Shown here in pieces: positions 14,959 to 25,601 of a DNA stretch of 32,852 nt. Source of the stretch: a virus. Its lineage: Duplodnaviria; Caudoviricetes. Positions within the stretch are counted from its first letter, which is position 1, and every line of letters starts with the position of its first letter. The stretch covers positions 1 through 32,852 of IMG/VR virus record IMGVR_UViG_3300006097_000017; one strand, written 5' to 3'. The notes under the pieces were generated by a model. It was not told the DNA's origin. It did no database searches and was given only the letters and a program-made list of their open reading frames with translations. The position numbers and the translations under genes are program-made.

Positions 14959-17900
14959 TCACTTTTTATATCCTATCAAGTCTGCCAATTCCCCGGTCTC
15001 GGAGAATTTCAGGCCGCGCTTGATGGCTACGGCAGGTATAGGCGCACTGGTCATGATTAACTTGTGCAGACCTTCGAGCATCTTCGCAACATCACCCTCA
15101 CCGGCGGCTTTCAGGATTGTACCGGTACTTTCAAAAAGCTCCGTGCCGGGGATCGTTCCTCCATAATAAGTAGACTTCGCACCCATCTCTATTGATTTGC
15201 CTATGAAAGGCATCATCTTTATGAGATTGAGAATAAACTCCTGTCCAAATTCTGCAGCGTCATCTATTGCCCCGGCCAATGCAACTATAAAAGCGGAAGA
15301 TACCGCAAGTGCTGAGGCTTGTTTGATAGCTAATCCATAATCTCCGTCCCTGATGGAATTTGGTATATCATTGATGGCGACATTGAAATTCTGTGTCAGC
15401 TGGTTTGTAAAAAGCAGGATCCCCCTCATAATCTCGCCACCGAAGCCCTTACCGGTACGCATCCTGTTCAAGTATACAGCTTCCCCTTGCGGCTGTGTTT
15501 TGACTATGACCTTATCGGCATACATCCGGGCGGACTTTTCATCCATCCCTTTGCTTAAGGCTGTTTCGTAACAACTTAACCACCCCAAACTTACCGCGAC
15601 ACTATCTATAAATCCTTGCGGCGACATGCTAAGGTACTCAAGCCTGGCTATAGTTCGTCTGACTTCGCTTTCGGCATGTCTTATTTGTGAGCGGGCTTCT
15701 CTTGATACGATGTTAAATGTCCTGAACCTGACAGTAGGCGACATCATGTTGATACGTTTCCATGTTCCTATCGGATCTGCCACAAACCTGTTGAGCGCCC
15801 TTGCCACACCGTTAGCATTGGAATGGGCCAAGGCCAGTGTGATTGATGGAAACTGTCTCAATATCGAGACTCCGTTAAGGACTAGCACATTCAACGCTTT
15901 GGCATGCCGGAGCGTTCTGATTGTCCTGGCGAAAGCATCATGACTGTACATGGTCAGCGGGTTAAGTGCTACATCTATATATCTGTTAATGGCCTCTATT
16001 GAGCCTTTGCCATGGACGGCTTCGATACGATTGAGTAAATCATTGTCATTAAAAATACGCCTCATAAGCCCTATAGGCTCGCTGAAAGCCTTTATCCTTG
16101 CCTGTTGATCGATAGTGGTCGACCATATACCCGCAAAGTCCAGCGACAGTGCAGATTTAGGCTCCGGGTCAGTCGTTCTCTGTTTTTCTATGGAACGCCT
16201 TGCCGGGCCCTCAATTCTCAAAAACTGCGTGGCGAAGTCCTCGCTAGCCGTCCCTTCAATGGTGGTTTTACCAGCCAACCTCGCCAGCCTGAAATAGAAG
16301 TTTTCCCTTGAAAGCAATCTGCCTGTTCTTACCAATACGGCTTCGGCAAGAGCATCGTATTGCGCTTCCAAGTCCTTGACTATCATGTCTACGAATTGCC
16401 TGTCCTTGGTGCTGAGGCTGCTTATAGCCTTGTCTATGAAGGCTTCTGAATAGCCGTTGTCTCTTGTGAGTGCCTCGTATCCTCTTGCCTGCCTTGCATA
16501 GGCATAAATGCTAAACAGATTGTTTTTCGTAAACGTCTTGCCGTCGATTGTTACCCTCTTTTGCAGATAAGAGACACTACCAAAGAATTCCTTTACTTTA
16601 TTCTGGAGCCATCTCGTTCTTTCGTTTACTTCAAGATTGTATTGTCCATTGGCTTCTATCATGGAATCGCCCATAAGCTCAGCCAGCATGGACTTGTTGG
16701 AACCCGTAAGATATTCTCCCAGCCGCATAAAGTTTAACGTTGAATTCAGATATGCCTTGACCACGGATGACATTTTCCCGGGTTCCTTTGCGTAGGAAAT
16801 AGCCCTTCCTTTAAGGTTCACTTCCTCGCCCATGCTCAAGGCTTGTCTTGTAGCTTCATGTATAGCCTTGCTCTTTTCAGAAGCGTCAGGATTCATGACC
16901 GCATTCACGATATCCTTGAAGGTTACTTTCTCTCCGGTAGCTTTAGAGACATTGTCGACCAGCGTTTTTTGTTTCATGCCACCCTTTTTGAGCATGTTTT
17001 TCAGTCCGGTCTCGACAATCTGTCTGGAAAACCGGACGTCAATTCTCTTGTTAGTGTCTTCTGCAATCTCCTGTGCCTTTATGTCTACTGTACTTGTGAC
17101 TTGCTTCAGGGCATTAGACCCTATCTTTTTGGCAGCTACGACAAATCTGGAAAATTCCTCCAGCTCACCAAAGGTCAACATATCAAGATTGTCTTTTTGT
17201 ATTGCAGACCTTATTTTCGCTTCATCTACACCGGCGAATATCATTCGGTCGAATTTCTTAAGCCTGTCTATTGCCTCCAAGGCTTCATTCAAGGTCTTTG
17301 CCCTTGTTGCCTGGTCTGCTGACTTGCTTTTTGTTTTCTTAAAACCACGAAGAATCTCATTAAGCGGTATCGCCACCCTTGGATGTAAGGTAGCTTTAAC
17401 ATTCTCCCTGGTCATTTTGCTTATTGCGGTTGTATTTTTATTAATTGTGTTTATGAGTTTGTCTATACGCTTCAGCGCAAGCAACTGGTCGAACATCTTT
17501 TTTATCTTGTTGTCCAGTTCCTTGATTTTGTCCTTTTCGCCCTTTTGTACAGCTTCTTCTCGTTGTTTTTGTATGGACTTCAGAATATCGCTGCGGGTTC
17601 TCTTTTTCTCTATCTGCCTGATTTCAGCAAGGGTAAAATTCTCAAAAGGACTCTTCTTTGAACCGAATATCTGAAGGTCGAAAATCCTCTTGAAGATAGG
17701 GTTCATCTTCTCAGGATTAGTGAGATAATCCATCGCTTGCTGTTTCAAGGTTTTCGAGTCTATGGCTATGTCGAGGCCGAGATCGTTCAGGTCTTTCTGA
17801 ACAGCTTTCACGTATTCTTTGGAGCTAAGTTTTTCAGCTATATTCTCTACAGAAGCCTCCCTGAGGTTTTCTATCTCATTGGAAAACTCCAGATTCTGCT

Positions 17901-19458
17901 TTACATCTGCAGTCAGGTCTTGTGCAACCGCAACTTCTCCCTTGAACGTTTCATTCAAGACGGGCTCGGTTATTGTAACTAAAGTCTCCGTACTTATCCC
18001 GTCCAGTTCAGCCTGTGTCTCAGCAGGAGTTTTTACATCAAGCCTGCTTGACGGTGCAGTCTCAGTGGCTATTGTTTCGGTGACATCTCTGGCTACTACA
18101 GGACGCCCCCTGCCGGTACTTACAGCACCAACAAAGCCTGCTGTGGGAAGAGACACCGCAAAAGCCACCAAGGCGTTCTTCAAGGCTTCTTTATCAGTAA
18201 AGGGAACGTTATGAGCGAATGCAGTTGTTACATCTTCCTGTACTGCTTCCTGTACGCCTTCGGCAAGTGCACTCTTCCAGAACCTGGACAAAAAGTCCTG
18301 ACCGCCACGTTCGGCGAATACGCCCATTTTACCTGTAGCGGCTGTAGCCGAAGCCTCAATAAAGAAGTGAGTCCTGGCCGTTTGCATTGCAAAGTCGCTG
18401 TTATTGGTTCTTTTGTAGACTTCCCTGTATACTTCCCTTGAGTCTATGAGTGTTTCAAGGACGACCGGTACGGCTAAAGACAGTGCGGCTCCCAACGCCA
18501 TCCCTATAGGCCCCAGGAGGCTCCCTGCACCAATCATGGCGGCCCTTATCCCGGCATGTACGAGGACAAAGGAAGCTACGGAATGACCGGCCCCGGAAAC
18601 CATTTTCAAAGCCCATTCGAGCTTATTTTCGTCTGCTGTTTCAAGTGCTTCGGCCATCAGGTTCCATTCAGTCTGATGACGGGAAGTGATGGTACCTTCT
18701 ATTGCATCAAGCATCTTGAAAGCATTTGTAAAGAAAGGAACCATGACGACATTGTAGAATTTGTCCTTTTCAGCGTAGGTTTTTATGCTGTTTATAAATT
18801 CCTCTTGCTCCGTCGAGAGCTTGTTACGCTTGACCCAGTCCTCATAAGCATCTTGCTCGGCTACTATCATCGGATTCTTGGCCCTTTTGACACGCTCTTC
18901 CTTAGGGATACTGTTATACCGACTGTCATATTCGTCGAAGTTACGAAACACAAGCTGCGGGTCGTCTATGCCAAAATACTCGGCATAATAGAAAGCTCTT
19001 GACATCTTGTTTTCATCAATACCTAACTCTTGATACAGGTCGTCTTTACGTGCTTTGATATCAGTTTTGACCATGGCTAAGGCTTCCGGTGTTATGCCGA
19101 ATTTTTCCTGTATGTCGAAGTCACTTACACCTGAAGCCCGGGCGTCCATGATAACGCCTCTCATGATACGCATTGCGTAATCAGGCGATATGTTCTTGTT
19201 TTTCAATTCCTCAAGATTGTCTTTGATGTTAGGGAACAAGGCAGACAAGTGGTCATAGGTCATCATGGAGTCCTGAAATGCATAAGCCTCTACAACAGGG
19301 CCTCCATAACCAGAGATATATTTTCTCGACTCTTTGCTGGGAACAGGCTCCCTTGATTCCGCCAAGGACGGGAAGACGTTATTTATGTCTTCACCAAGAG
19401 TCCTGTCTGGGCCAAGATGTTTTTCAATTAATTCTCTCGGGCTTCCTACTAATCCCAT
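14959..19458 (-). CDS. Large internal virion / DNA ejection protein (~1500 aa)
   Basis: Largest ORF, helical with hydrophobic segments; third of three genes after tail tube B and the gp13-like gene; AGGTG RBS before ATG 19458. Confidence 0.7.
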   Translation of the reverse strand: MGLVGSPRELIEKHLGPDRTLGEDINNVFPSLAESREPVPSKESRKYISGYGGPVVEAYAFQDSMMTYDHLSALFPNIKDNLEELKNKNISPDYAMRIMRGVIMDARASGVSDFDIQEKFGITPEALAMVKTDIKARKDDLYQELGIDENKMSRAFYYAEYFGIDDPQLVFRNFDEYDSRYNSIPKEERVKRAKNPMIVAEQDAYEDWVKRNKLSTEQEEFINSIKTYAEKDKFYNVVMVPFFTNAFKMLDAIEGTITSRHQTEWNLMAEALETADENKLEWALKMVSGAGHSVASFVLVHAGIRAAMIGAGSLLGPIGMALGAALSLAVPVVLETLIDSREVYREVYKRTNNSDFAMQTARTHFFIEASATAATGKMGVFAERGGQDFLSRFWKSALAEGVQEAVQEDVTTAFAHNVPFTDKEALKNALVAFAVSLPTAGFVGAVSTGRGRPVVARDVTETIATETAPSSRLDVKTPAETQAELDGISTETLVTITEPVLNETFKGEVAVAQDLTADVKQNLEFSNEIENLREASVENIAEKLSSKEYVKAVQKDLNDLGLDIAIDSKTLKQQAMDYLTNPEKMNPIFKRIFDLQIFGSKKSPFENFTLAEIRQIEKKRTRSDILKSIQKQREEAVQKGEKDKIKELDNKIKKMFDQLLALKRIDKLINTINKNTTAISKMTRENVKATLHPRVAIPLNEILRGFKKTKSKSADQATRAKTLNEALEAIDRLKKFDRMIFAGVDEAKIRSAIQKDNLDMLTFGELEEFSRFVVAAKKIGSNALKQVTSTVDIKAQEIAEDTNKRIDVRFSRQIVETGLKNMLKKGGMKQKTLVDNVSKATGEKVTFKDIVNAVMNPDASEKSKAIHEATRQALSMGEEVNLKGRAISYAKEPGKMSSVVKAYLNSTLNFMRLGEYLTGSNKSMLAELMGDSMIEANGQYNLEVNERTRWLQNKVKEFFGSVSYLQKRVTIDGKTFTKNNLFSIYAYARQARGYEALTRDNGYSEAFIDKAISSLSTKDRQFVDMIVKDLEAQYDALAEAVLVRTGRLLSRENFYFRLARLAGKTTIEGTASEDFATQFLRIEGPARRSIEKQRTTDPEPKSALSLDFAGIWSTTIDQQARIKAFSEPIGLMRRIFNDNDLLNRIEAVHGKGSIEAINRYIDVALNPLTMYSHDAFARTIRTLRHAKALNVLVLNGVSILRQFPSITLALAHSNANGVARALNRFVADPIGTWKRINMMSPTVRFRTFNIVSREARSQIRHAESEVRRTIARLEYLSMSPQGFIDSVAVSLGWLSCYETALSKGMDEKSARMYADKVIVKTQPQGEAVYLNRMRTGKGFGGEIMRGILLFTNQLTQNFNVAINDIPNSIRDGDYGLAIKQASALAVSSAFIVALAGAIDDAAEFGQEFILNLIKMMPFIGKSIEMGAKSTYYGGTIPGTELFESTGTILKAAGEGDVAKMLEGLHKLIMTSAPIPAVAIKRGLKFSETGELADLIGYKK

Positions 19459-19474
19459 AACAAGCACCTGCCAT

Positions 19475-21037
19475 CTACTTCCCGAGCATATTCAACAAAT
19501 TCTGCATGGTCTTCTCTATTGTGCCTATCTGTTCTTCCTCGAATTCTTCTGTCGGGACTCCTATATTCAAGGAAAACTCTGCAAGCCTTTGGTAATCCGG
19601 CATACCTAAAGACTTATACAGGTTAGATGTATATTTAATCAACGTTCCATGATTATCCCTGTTGACATCGAATATCCTGTTTTCTCCTGTGGCATATTTG
19701 TTTATCACGTTCATAAACGATTCCTGTAAATCGAATTGTTCTTTCCCGGGAAGCGGCCTGTAACTTTGCCACAACGCAAGTATCTCTACAAAGTCCTCCA
19801 GGATAGGTAGTCTTAGCGATTCATCTATGACACCTTTGGAGATAAGTTTTTTGACATATTTCTCGGAGCTTTTGTAAATTTCACTAGCATCGATAAGTTT
19901 AATATCCCCTAATTTCTTTTCCAATGTGCCTTCTCTGAGTTTTGAAACAAACGATTCTCTTGTCTTTAACATCCCGTCAAGGATATCTGCAACGCTCTTG
20001 TCTCCGGCACTTTTCAGATAATCTATCAATATAGCAGCATCAGCAGTATGTACGGTAGGATCGAGAACATATGAAATAGCCATCTGCCTGATACTGGCTA
20101 TTTGCTCCGGAGAGAGCGGTACAGTCTGTTTGGCCAGACTAGTTTCAAGTGCTCCTACCCAGTTATGCATCGTTATCCGCATACTTTCGTCAATTTCCCC
20201 GTTTTCGTACAACCGTTCTATCTCCGGGTGGGTTATCGGTATACGCCCTGTCGCGTAATATTGAGCGTGCAAGTCACCAAGCAGGTCCTTTTGACGTGTC
20301 CGGAATTCCTCCTCGTAACGATTCTTGAAATACTCACGCTCACGTACCAATTTGGCCTGCAATTCAGGCGACAGGTCTTCAGGTATTTCATACTGGACAG
20401 GGTCTTGCATTATAAGGACACGTTCCCTGTTGAAGATGGCATCCTCTTCAGCCGCTTTTACAAGAGCCTGTTTCTTGGTTTCAGCGATCCATGTAGGAGC
20501 TATTGTCTCCAGTTGTTTTATTTCATCCACATCGCCGTTTGAAGCTGCTGTATCGAGGGCATCAGTCCACTGGGCAAGGGCCCTGTCATTTTTCCTGTTG
20601 GCTATAAAGGCAGCCACATCTATATCATGTTGCGCGGAGGCCAATTCCCAGTACTTATCGAATTCCTCCAGTACTTCTATATCTTCTATGTTAGACCTAA
20701 CAGTGGTGTAGGCTTTTTGCTTCGACTTTTCCCACTGTACCGGTATGTTTTCTATCTCTTCGTTTTCCAGCTGTAATTTAGCTTCCCCGAGAGAACGGAT
20801 AAGCTGTGCCTTGGAATAAGCGAACTCTATGGCCTGTCTGCGCTGTGCTTCTTCCTTGGCTTTCTCGACAAGGTCTTTTGAGAGCAAATAGGTGCGCTTG
20901 CCTGCTTCCTCAAGTACCTGGGCACCATACATCCTGGCTCTTGCCGCATCATCGAATACGTATGGTGTTTTTACCTCGCCACTATCTGCAGGCGGTAACT
21001 CTTGCGGTTGGTAAGTAGGTATCTTGCTTCTTGCCAT
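19475..21037 (-). CDS. Internal virion protein (gp15-like position)
   Basis: MARSKIPTY start, alpha-helical, synteny. Confidence 0.65.
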   Translation of the reverse strand: MARSKIPTYQPQELPPADSGEVKTPYVFDDAARARMYGAQVLEEAGKRTYLLSKDLVEKAKEEAQRRQAIEFAYSKAQLIRSLGEAKLQLENEEIENIPVQWEKSKQKAYTTVRSNIEDIEVLEEFDKYWELASAQHDIDVAAFIANRKNDRALAQWTDALDTAASNGDVDEIKQLETIAPTWIAETKKQALVKAAEEDAIFNRERVLIMQDPVQYEIPEDLSPELQAKLVREREYFKNRYEEEFRTRQKDLLGDLHAQYYATGRIPITHPEIERLYENGEIDESMRITMHNWVGALETSLAKQTVPLSPEQIASIRQMAISYVLDPTVHTADAAILIDYLKSAGDKSVADILDGMLKTRESFVSKLREGTLEKKLGDIKLIDASEIYKSSEKYVKKLISKGVIDESLRLPILEDFVEILALWQSYRPLPGKEQFDLQESFMNVINKYATGENRIFDVNRDNHGTLIKYTSNLYKSLGMPDYQRLAEFSLNIGVPTEEFEEEQIGTIEKTMQNLLNMLGK

Positions 21038-21047
21038 CAAGCTCGCC

Positions 21048-21674
21048 TCACTTCTGTTTCCCGCTGATTAAAGACGGAGGCTCGTATACCGGGAACGTTG
21101 GAGTTATAACTACACCTTTCCTTTTATCCTGTTCCTTCTTCTTGTCTGCACTCTTGAACGGGTTCTCAAACAATCCCAAATCTATGCCGGTCATATATGC
21201 CTGACCTAAACCGGTGGTCATAGTCAACAGGCTACCTGTACGGCCCACATATGTATAATAACCGGCAGTGCTTCTTAAGGACTGGGCTTTAGTCTTTTCC
21301 AGGGCGGCAGCCGAGTATTGTTTCCTGGCCTCTACGTCGCCCTGATATAGCTTCATCATCTTGTCAGTTTCTATTTTCCTGGCGGTCTCGGCCACCATAT
21401 GCAAAGGCGTACCTGTGGTAGTAGCATACCCTCTGGAGGCATATGCAGCCCTCTGCTCTGAAAGCATCCTTGCACCGGCCTGCCTTATCAAAGCCGCCTC
21501 GTAGGAGAACCTTTGCCGGACAGCTTCGGCTTCCTTTGCGCTTACGTCGGCGTTATATTCAAGAGCAGCAGCCTGCGCCTTGGCAGCCTCGGATTGTGCC
21601 TCAGCCGCCCTGTACTGGGCCACACCCTGGGCTATAGACGAAACAGCCTGCAAAGCTACCGCGACTTCACTCAT
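21048..21674 (-). CDS. Internal virion protein (gp14-like)
   Basis: Ala/Gln-rich, QRAAYASRG..TGTP motif, synteny. Confidence 0.7.
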   Translation of the reverse strand: MSEVAVALQAVSSIAQGVAQYRAAEAQSEAAKAQAAALEYNADVSAKEAEAVRQRFSYEAALIRQAGARMLSEQRAAYASRGYATTTGTPLHMVAETARKIETDKMMKLYQGDVEARKQYSAAALEKTKAQSLRSTAGYYTYVGRTGSLLTMTTGLGQAYMTGIDLGLFENPFKSADKKKEQDKRKGVVITPTFPVYEPPSLISGKQK

Positions 21675-22081
21675 GGTTTCATCACCACCATAAACGTTTT
21701 CCCCTTATAGACGCCGTCCAGATGGTAGTAGATACCCACAGGTTTCGTGAATCCCATCCATTCGATAAACCGCCTGTGCACTTCGTTATCTATGCCATAG
21801 GTGGCAGTTACGGCCTTCGCACCGGATTTTCTTACAAGTTCATCCAGCAGCTTCTTTATCTTCTTGCATACTGAAATGTAATATAGTTCAAATTTATCCC
21901 CGTGAATGAACCACGCTTCAGCAAGCCCGCCTGTAGAGGTCCTTACCCCGCCGCATGCTATAACCTTACCATCCTTTATCACGCTGTAGGCCGGCAGGTT
22001 TTCATCGTTCAGCATCATCATCTCAGGGTCATATCCTGTTTCTGTTAAATGCTCCGGCTTGTACTGGACAAATTCAATCAT
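21671..22081 (-). CDS. GNAT-fold virion assembly protein (gp13-like)
   Basis: VIACGG..AEAW...HRRFIEWMGF; follows tail tube B. Confidence 0.7.
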   Translation of the reverse strand: MIEFVQYKPEHLTETGYDPEMMMLNDENLPAYSVIKDGKVIACGGVRTSTGGLAEAWFIHGDKFELYYISVCKKIKKLLDELVRKSGAKAVTATYGIDNEVHRRFIEWMGFTKPVGIYYHLDGVYKGKTFMVVMKP

Positions 22082-24540
22082 TCTGCCAACACCAGCCTCA
22101 GTATCAGTGATGTTACATTCATCGGGTAAGGCTCGTTCTGCAAGATGGTAATGTATTGTCCATAATCCGATGGAGCATCGACCAGTATAGGCGGTGTATC
22201 CCCGGTGAACATCTCCGGCGAAACGACCAAGGGCTTACCAGCCTTGCTTATGTACTGTATCCTCTTTACGTCCGCTTCATTGAAACCTATATACCCTCCT
22301 ACCGTATTCACGAGTCTCGGAATCACATGCACCGTCCGCCTGATTGTACCGTGAGTGGTATCCGGCGGCGTGGCGTGCTCTGCATTAATAGTTTTTAACT
22401 TGCTCGTGTAATTGAGTCCTATCCAGACATTGCTTGCTTCGGTATCAAGGCTTATGGCTCCATTTACAACAGTTTTGTTTCCTGCATATTTCCCGTCTGC
22501 GATTATCGTCACCTTTTCGCCTTCTAGGTAGGACAGGCCGTATATTTCGGTTACCGGGGCTCCGTAATACTGTGCGGCACAGTCCATGAATACCGAGTTT
22601 TCAAGGGTACCATCCCACTCCTCGATATATTCTATGTATCGCTTCGTAACACCGTTGATTGTCCTTTTTACGACAACCCAAAGTTGATTCGGTATCGCAG
22701 CCACACTTTCCACTTCACTGCTTCCCGCCTTGGTCGACATTACATGCCTGCTCCAGGCAAAGACCTTGTGTTCCGGTGTATACGTCAAACCAAGCAATTG
22801 ACCGTCTTCTCTTATGGTCCAGACAGATGACCATGGGGATTTCAGATATGCAAGCCCCTTTATACCTTTGCCGGTTATATGGTCACTCATTACGGTCAGG
22901 TCAAAGGCATAATAGGTATCACTGGCCCAGTCATACTGAATGTTCCTCAGTATCTTACCTCCGTATTGAATGAACACCGCATAACCGTTGGCTACGACAG
23001 CCTGAGTGTCCTCGCTCCCGAAGTTGGTCTCACGTCTTAATCCAGGCGGATTGTCTGGTGTGATATTGCTCCCGTCAAATATCCATTCATCACCGGCAGT
23101 ACCAAGAATCAGGTTACCCTTGGAAGCCATCCATACTACAGTATTGACTTCGCTTGCGATAGGCTGTATGTCCAACGAATCATCGGCATTCCCCTCGCCT
23201 GCATCGAAGTTATCATAAGCATCGGACTTGGACGCCCATATTCTGTTCGGAGCCGTATAGGTTCCGCCAAACCAAAGCCTGCCGTCGTGGAATGTAATCC
23301 CTCTCGGGAACCCGGTGGTGTAACTCCATGCTCCGAGAGCCCAGCTGTATGCCGGTAAGCCGATCCAGTCGAGAGAACTCATTAATGTACCGGTAACAAC
23401 TGTTGATGATGTATAATCCGTTATCTTTATAAAGCCGTTCTTAAAAGAACGTTTCACCCTGAAATTCCACGTTATCTGGCTTGTTGCATTATCTGTGTGT
23501 ATCCTGAATTTGACTGGTGCTCCACTTTGAGAACCCAATTCCTCAGGTTCAGCACTGCCCTCTATAGTGGTGTTGATCCTGTCATCTATTGCATAGTAAT
23601 TCTTCCATGTAGTCCCGCCGTCGATGGAAAACTGCAAATACCATAACTTGCCGGTAGTGCCGGAAAATGTCGCCCTGAATTCCCATTCGCCTTCGCATTC
23701 CCATGAACTTGAACTCCATGGCGAGCCTGAGCCAGTCTGCTGTCCCGAAGAAAGACTTTCTGCTTCTACGGTGTATCGTATCTTTATCCATCTGCCTATA
23801 TCATCGGAAGAGAACAGTGCGCTTGAAGCGGTAACCGTACAGGTGGAACCTCTCTTTCCATCTGTATTGGATACAGTCAAATGATCTTTGCTGACATTTT
23901 CATCGAGGAAGGGCCCATATTTCGGTTCAAGGTCCTCGATAGTCCAGTCATCATGCCAGTACCTTGACAGCTTTTGCGGAGGATAGTCGGGATGTACGAG
24001 AAACAATACGTCTGCTGATTGCGCATATTTAATCAGGTCTAAATCATAATCTGCATACGGAGTATATATCTCATATACATCATCCTGTATCCAATAGGTC
24101 TCCCAGTTGATACCTGACCCCGGGCTGTTGGTGCTATCTGCCGTATGGTCTTGAATACATCTATAAACCAACCCGCCATTATTCACATAGTCATAAGCCT
24201 TGTATCCGGTACTACTGACCCACGCATCAGTGGTTCCGACAGTGCGTACGACATGTCCGCCGTTAGCGCAGACACGCATGTAATGGTCTCCGAATTCCAG
24301 GATATAGCTTTGCTCATTGGAGAAAATAAAGGGGATAAGTCTTGTCTTTTTTGAACTGTCCTTTACTTCGGAGACGAATCTTGTCCCCGGGCGCCTGATA
24401 AGACCACCTTGAGGGAGGACGATGAAATTCTCAAGGGTAAAACAACCGTTGTAATATCGCTCTACATCGGTTCTTCCCATCATATTCGGGGATAATTCCC
24501 CTGCCGTAAAGTTAGTCATAAAGTGGTCTATTATTCTCAT
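22078..24540 (-). CDS. Tail tubular protein B (nozzle)
   Basis: NFTAGELSP..GRTD, PQGGLIRRPGT, LIPF.FS, AQSADV, FP..ITFHDGRL. Confidence 0.9.
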   Translation of the reverse strand: MRIIDHFMTNFTAGELSPNMMGRTDVERYYNGCFTLENFIVLPQGGLIRRPGTRFVSEVKDSSKKTRLIPFIFSNEQSYILEFGDHYMRVCANGGHVVRTVGTTDAWVSSTGYKAYDYVNNGGLVYRCIQDHTADSTNSPGSGINWETYWIQDDVYEIYTPYADYDLDLIKYAQSADVLFLVHPDYPPQKLSRYWHDDWTIEDLEPKYGPFLDENVSKDHLTVSNTDGKRGSTCTVTASSALFSSDDIGRWIKIRYTVEAESLSSGQQTGSGSPWSSSSWECEGEWEFRATFSGTTGKLWYLQFSIDGGTTWKNYYAIDDRINTTIEGSAEPEELGSQSGAPVKFRIHTDNATSQITWNFRVKRSFKNGFIKITDYTSSTVVTGTLMSSLDWIGLPAYSWALGAWSYTTGFPRGITFHDGRLWFGGTYTAPNRIWASKSDAYDNFDAGEGNADDSLDIQPIASEVNTVVWMASKGNLILGTAGDEWIFDGSNITPDNPPGLRRETNFGSEDTQAVVANGYAVFIQYGGKILRNIQYDWASDTYYAFDLTVMSDHITGKGIKGLAYLKSPWSSVWTIREDGQLLGLTYTPEHKVFAWSRHVMSTKAGSSEVESVAAIPNQLWVVVKRTINGVTKRYIEYIEEWDGTLENSVFMDCAAQYYGAPVTEIYGLSYLEGEKVTIIADGKYAGNKTVVNGAISLDTEASNVWIGLNYTSKLKTINAEHATPPDTTHGTIRRTVHVIPRLVNTVGGYIGFNEADVKRIQYISKAGKPLVVSPEMFTGDTPPILVDAPSDYGQYITILQNEPYPMNVTSLILRLVLAE

Positions 24541-24541
24541 G

Positions 24542-25114
24542 CTACCACCTTGTTTCCGTAAAGGGTATCCTTATTTCGGGCTGGAACTTTTTAGTCCTTG
24601 CATCTGCGGCCAATACGTCTATCAAGGTCTTCTGGTAAAGCTCATAAGCAAGTGTCGCAAGTTGCGGGTTACCGGTAAGGCTTATAGCCACCTGAGAGGC
24701 TATAAGGTAGGCCAATGCAGCCCTTGCCTTGGCCTGCATATCCATAACAGTTATAGTGCTGTGGATATAGGTCAACGTTATCGGATTCTCGTTCGCATAT
24801 ATCTTGCCACCGGCAATCTCCCAGTTTATGGTTTCCTTTATCGTTTCACGTGTATTCTGAAGTGCCCTCAAGAAGTCCATAGGTAAATCGAATTCATAAG
24901 TGTAATCTGTATCATCGGGTGCTCCGCCTGTAGCGGTCAGTTTCCTTGTCTTTGTAGCGAAAGACCAGTCGGCCTCACCGAGGAACTCCCAAAAGCACTC
25001 ATAAAACACCATGGAACACGCCCTGGCTTCCTTGGTATCGTCCTGTAAAGAGATGATATTATTCACACCGAGAAACATTAAAGCCCTGTTGCATATAGAG
25101 ACAGGCTCTGCCAC
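24542..25114 (-). CDS. Tail tubular protein A (adaptor)
   Basis: ICNRAL..LG...I.SL, WSFATK, Y.F.LP.DFLR. Confidence 0.85.
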   Translation of the reverse strand: MAEPVSICNRALMFLGVNNIISLQDDTKEARACSMVFYECFWEFLGEADWSFATKTRKLTATGGAPDDTDYTYEFDLPMDFLRALQNTRETIKETINWEIAGGKIYANENPITLTYIHSTITVMDMQAKARAALAYLIASQVAISLTGNPQLATLAYELYQKTLIDVLAADARTKKFQPEIRIPFTETRW

Positions 25115-25130
25115 TTAAAACACCACCTTG

Positions 25131-25159
25131 AATAAAGGCGGGGCAGAAGCCCCGCCTTT
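25131..25159 (-). terminator. Terminator after the capsid/decoration genes
   Basis: AAAGGCGGGGC-ttct-GCCCCGCCTTT-ATT. Confidence 0.75.
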
Positions 25160-25164
25160 TAAGG

Positions 25165-25572
25165 TTATTCCAGCACGTACATGACCATCAGCTTTATGGT
25201 GCCTGTTGCAGCACCGCCAGCAAGAGTTAGAGTTATATTCTCTGTAGCGCTCAAGGCTTTAAACAGGTTGTCTATTTTGTCGAACTCCGCAGAACCAGCA
25301 GTAGACGTGTCAGTCGCAGACAAATATTTATCTGCGGTTGTCCCATCACCCACAGCCAAAGTAGTGAGAGCCCCGAGAGCATCAAAGTAGAGCTTACCTC
25401 CAAGTATCTTTGCGCCCTTCGGAACAGGCATCATAACTATAGTGCTCCCGTCAGCCAAAGAGCTGGCCTCATATTCATCAAACGACACCTTCACCCTAGC
25501 GTTCCAAGTCCCAGGGTCAAGGATATCGCCTCCATCAAACTTGGTCTTGTTAACTCCGTATACCGTCGCCAT
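25165..25572 (-). CDS. Capsid decoration/cement protein
   Basis: 135-aa beta-rich Ala/Gly/Thr protein immediately after the capsid gene. Confidence 0.6.
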   Translation of the reverse strand: MATVYGVNKTKFDGGDILDPGTWNARVKVSFDEYEASSLADGSTIVMMPVPKGAKILGGKLYFDALGALTTLAVGDGTTADKYLSATDTSTAGSAEFDKIDNLFKALSATENITLTLAGGAATGTIKLMVMYVLE

Positions 25573-25601
25573 TATTTAACACCCCCTTAATAGCCTAATC
25601 C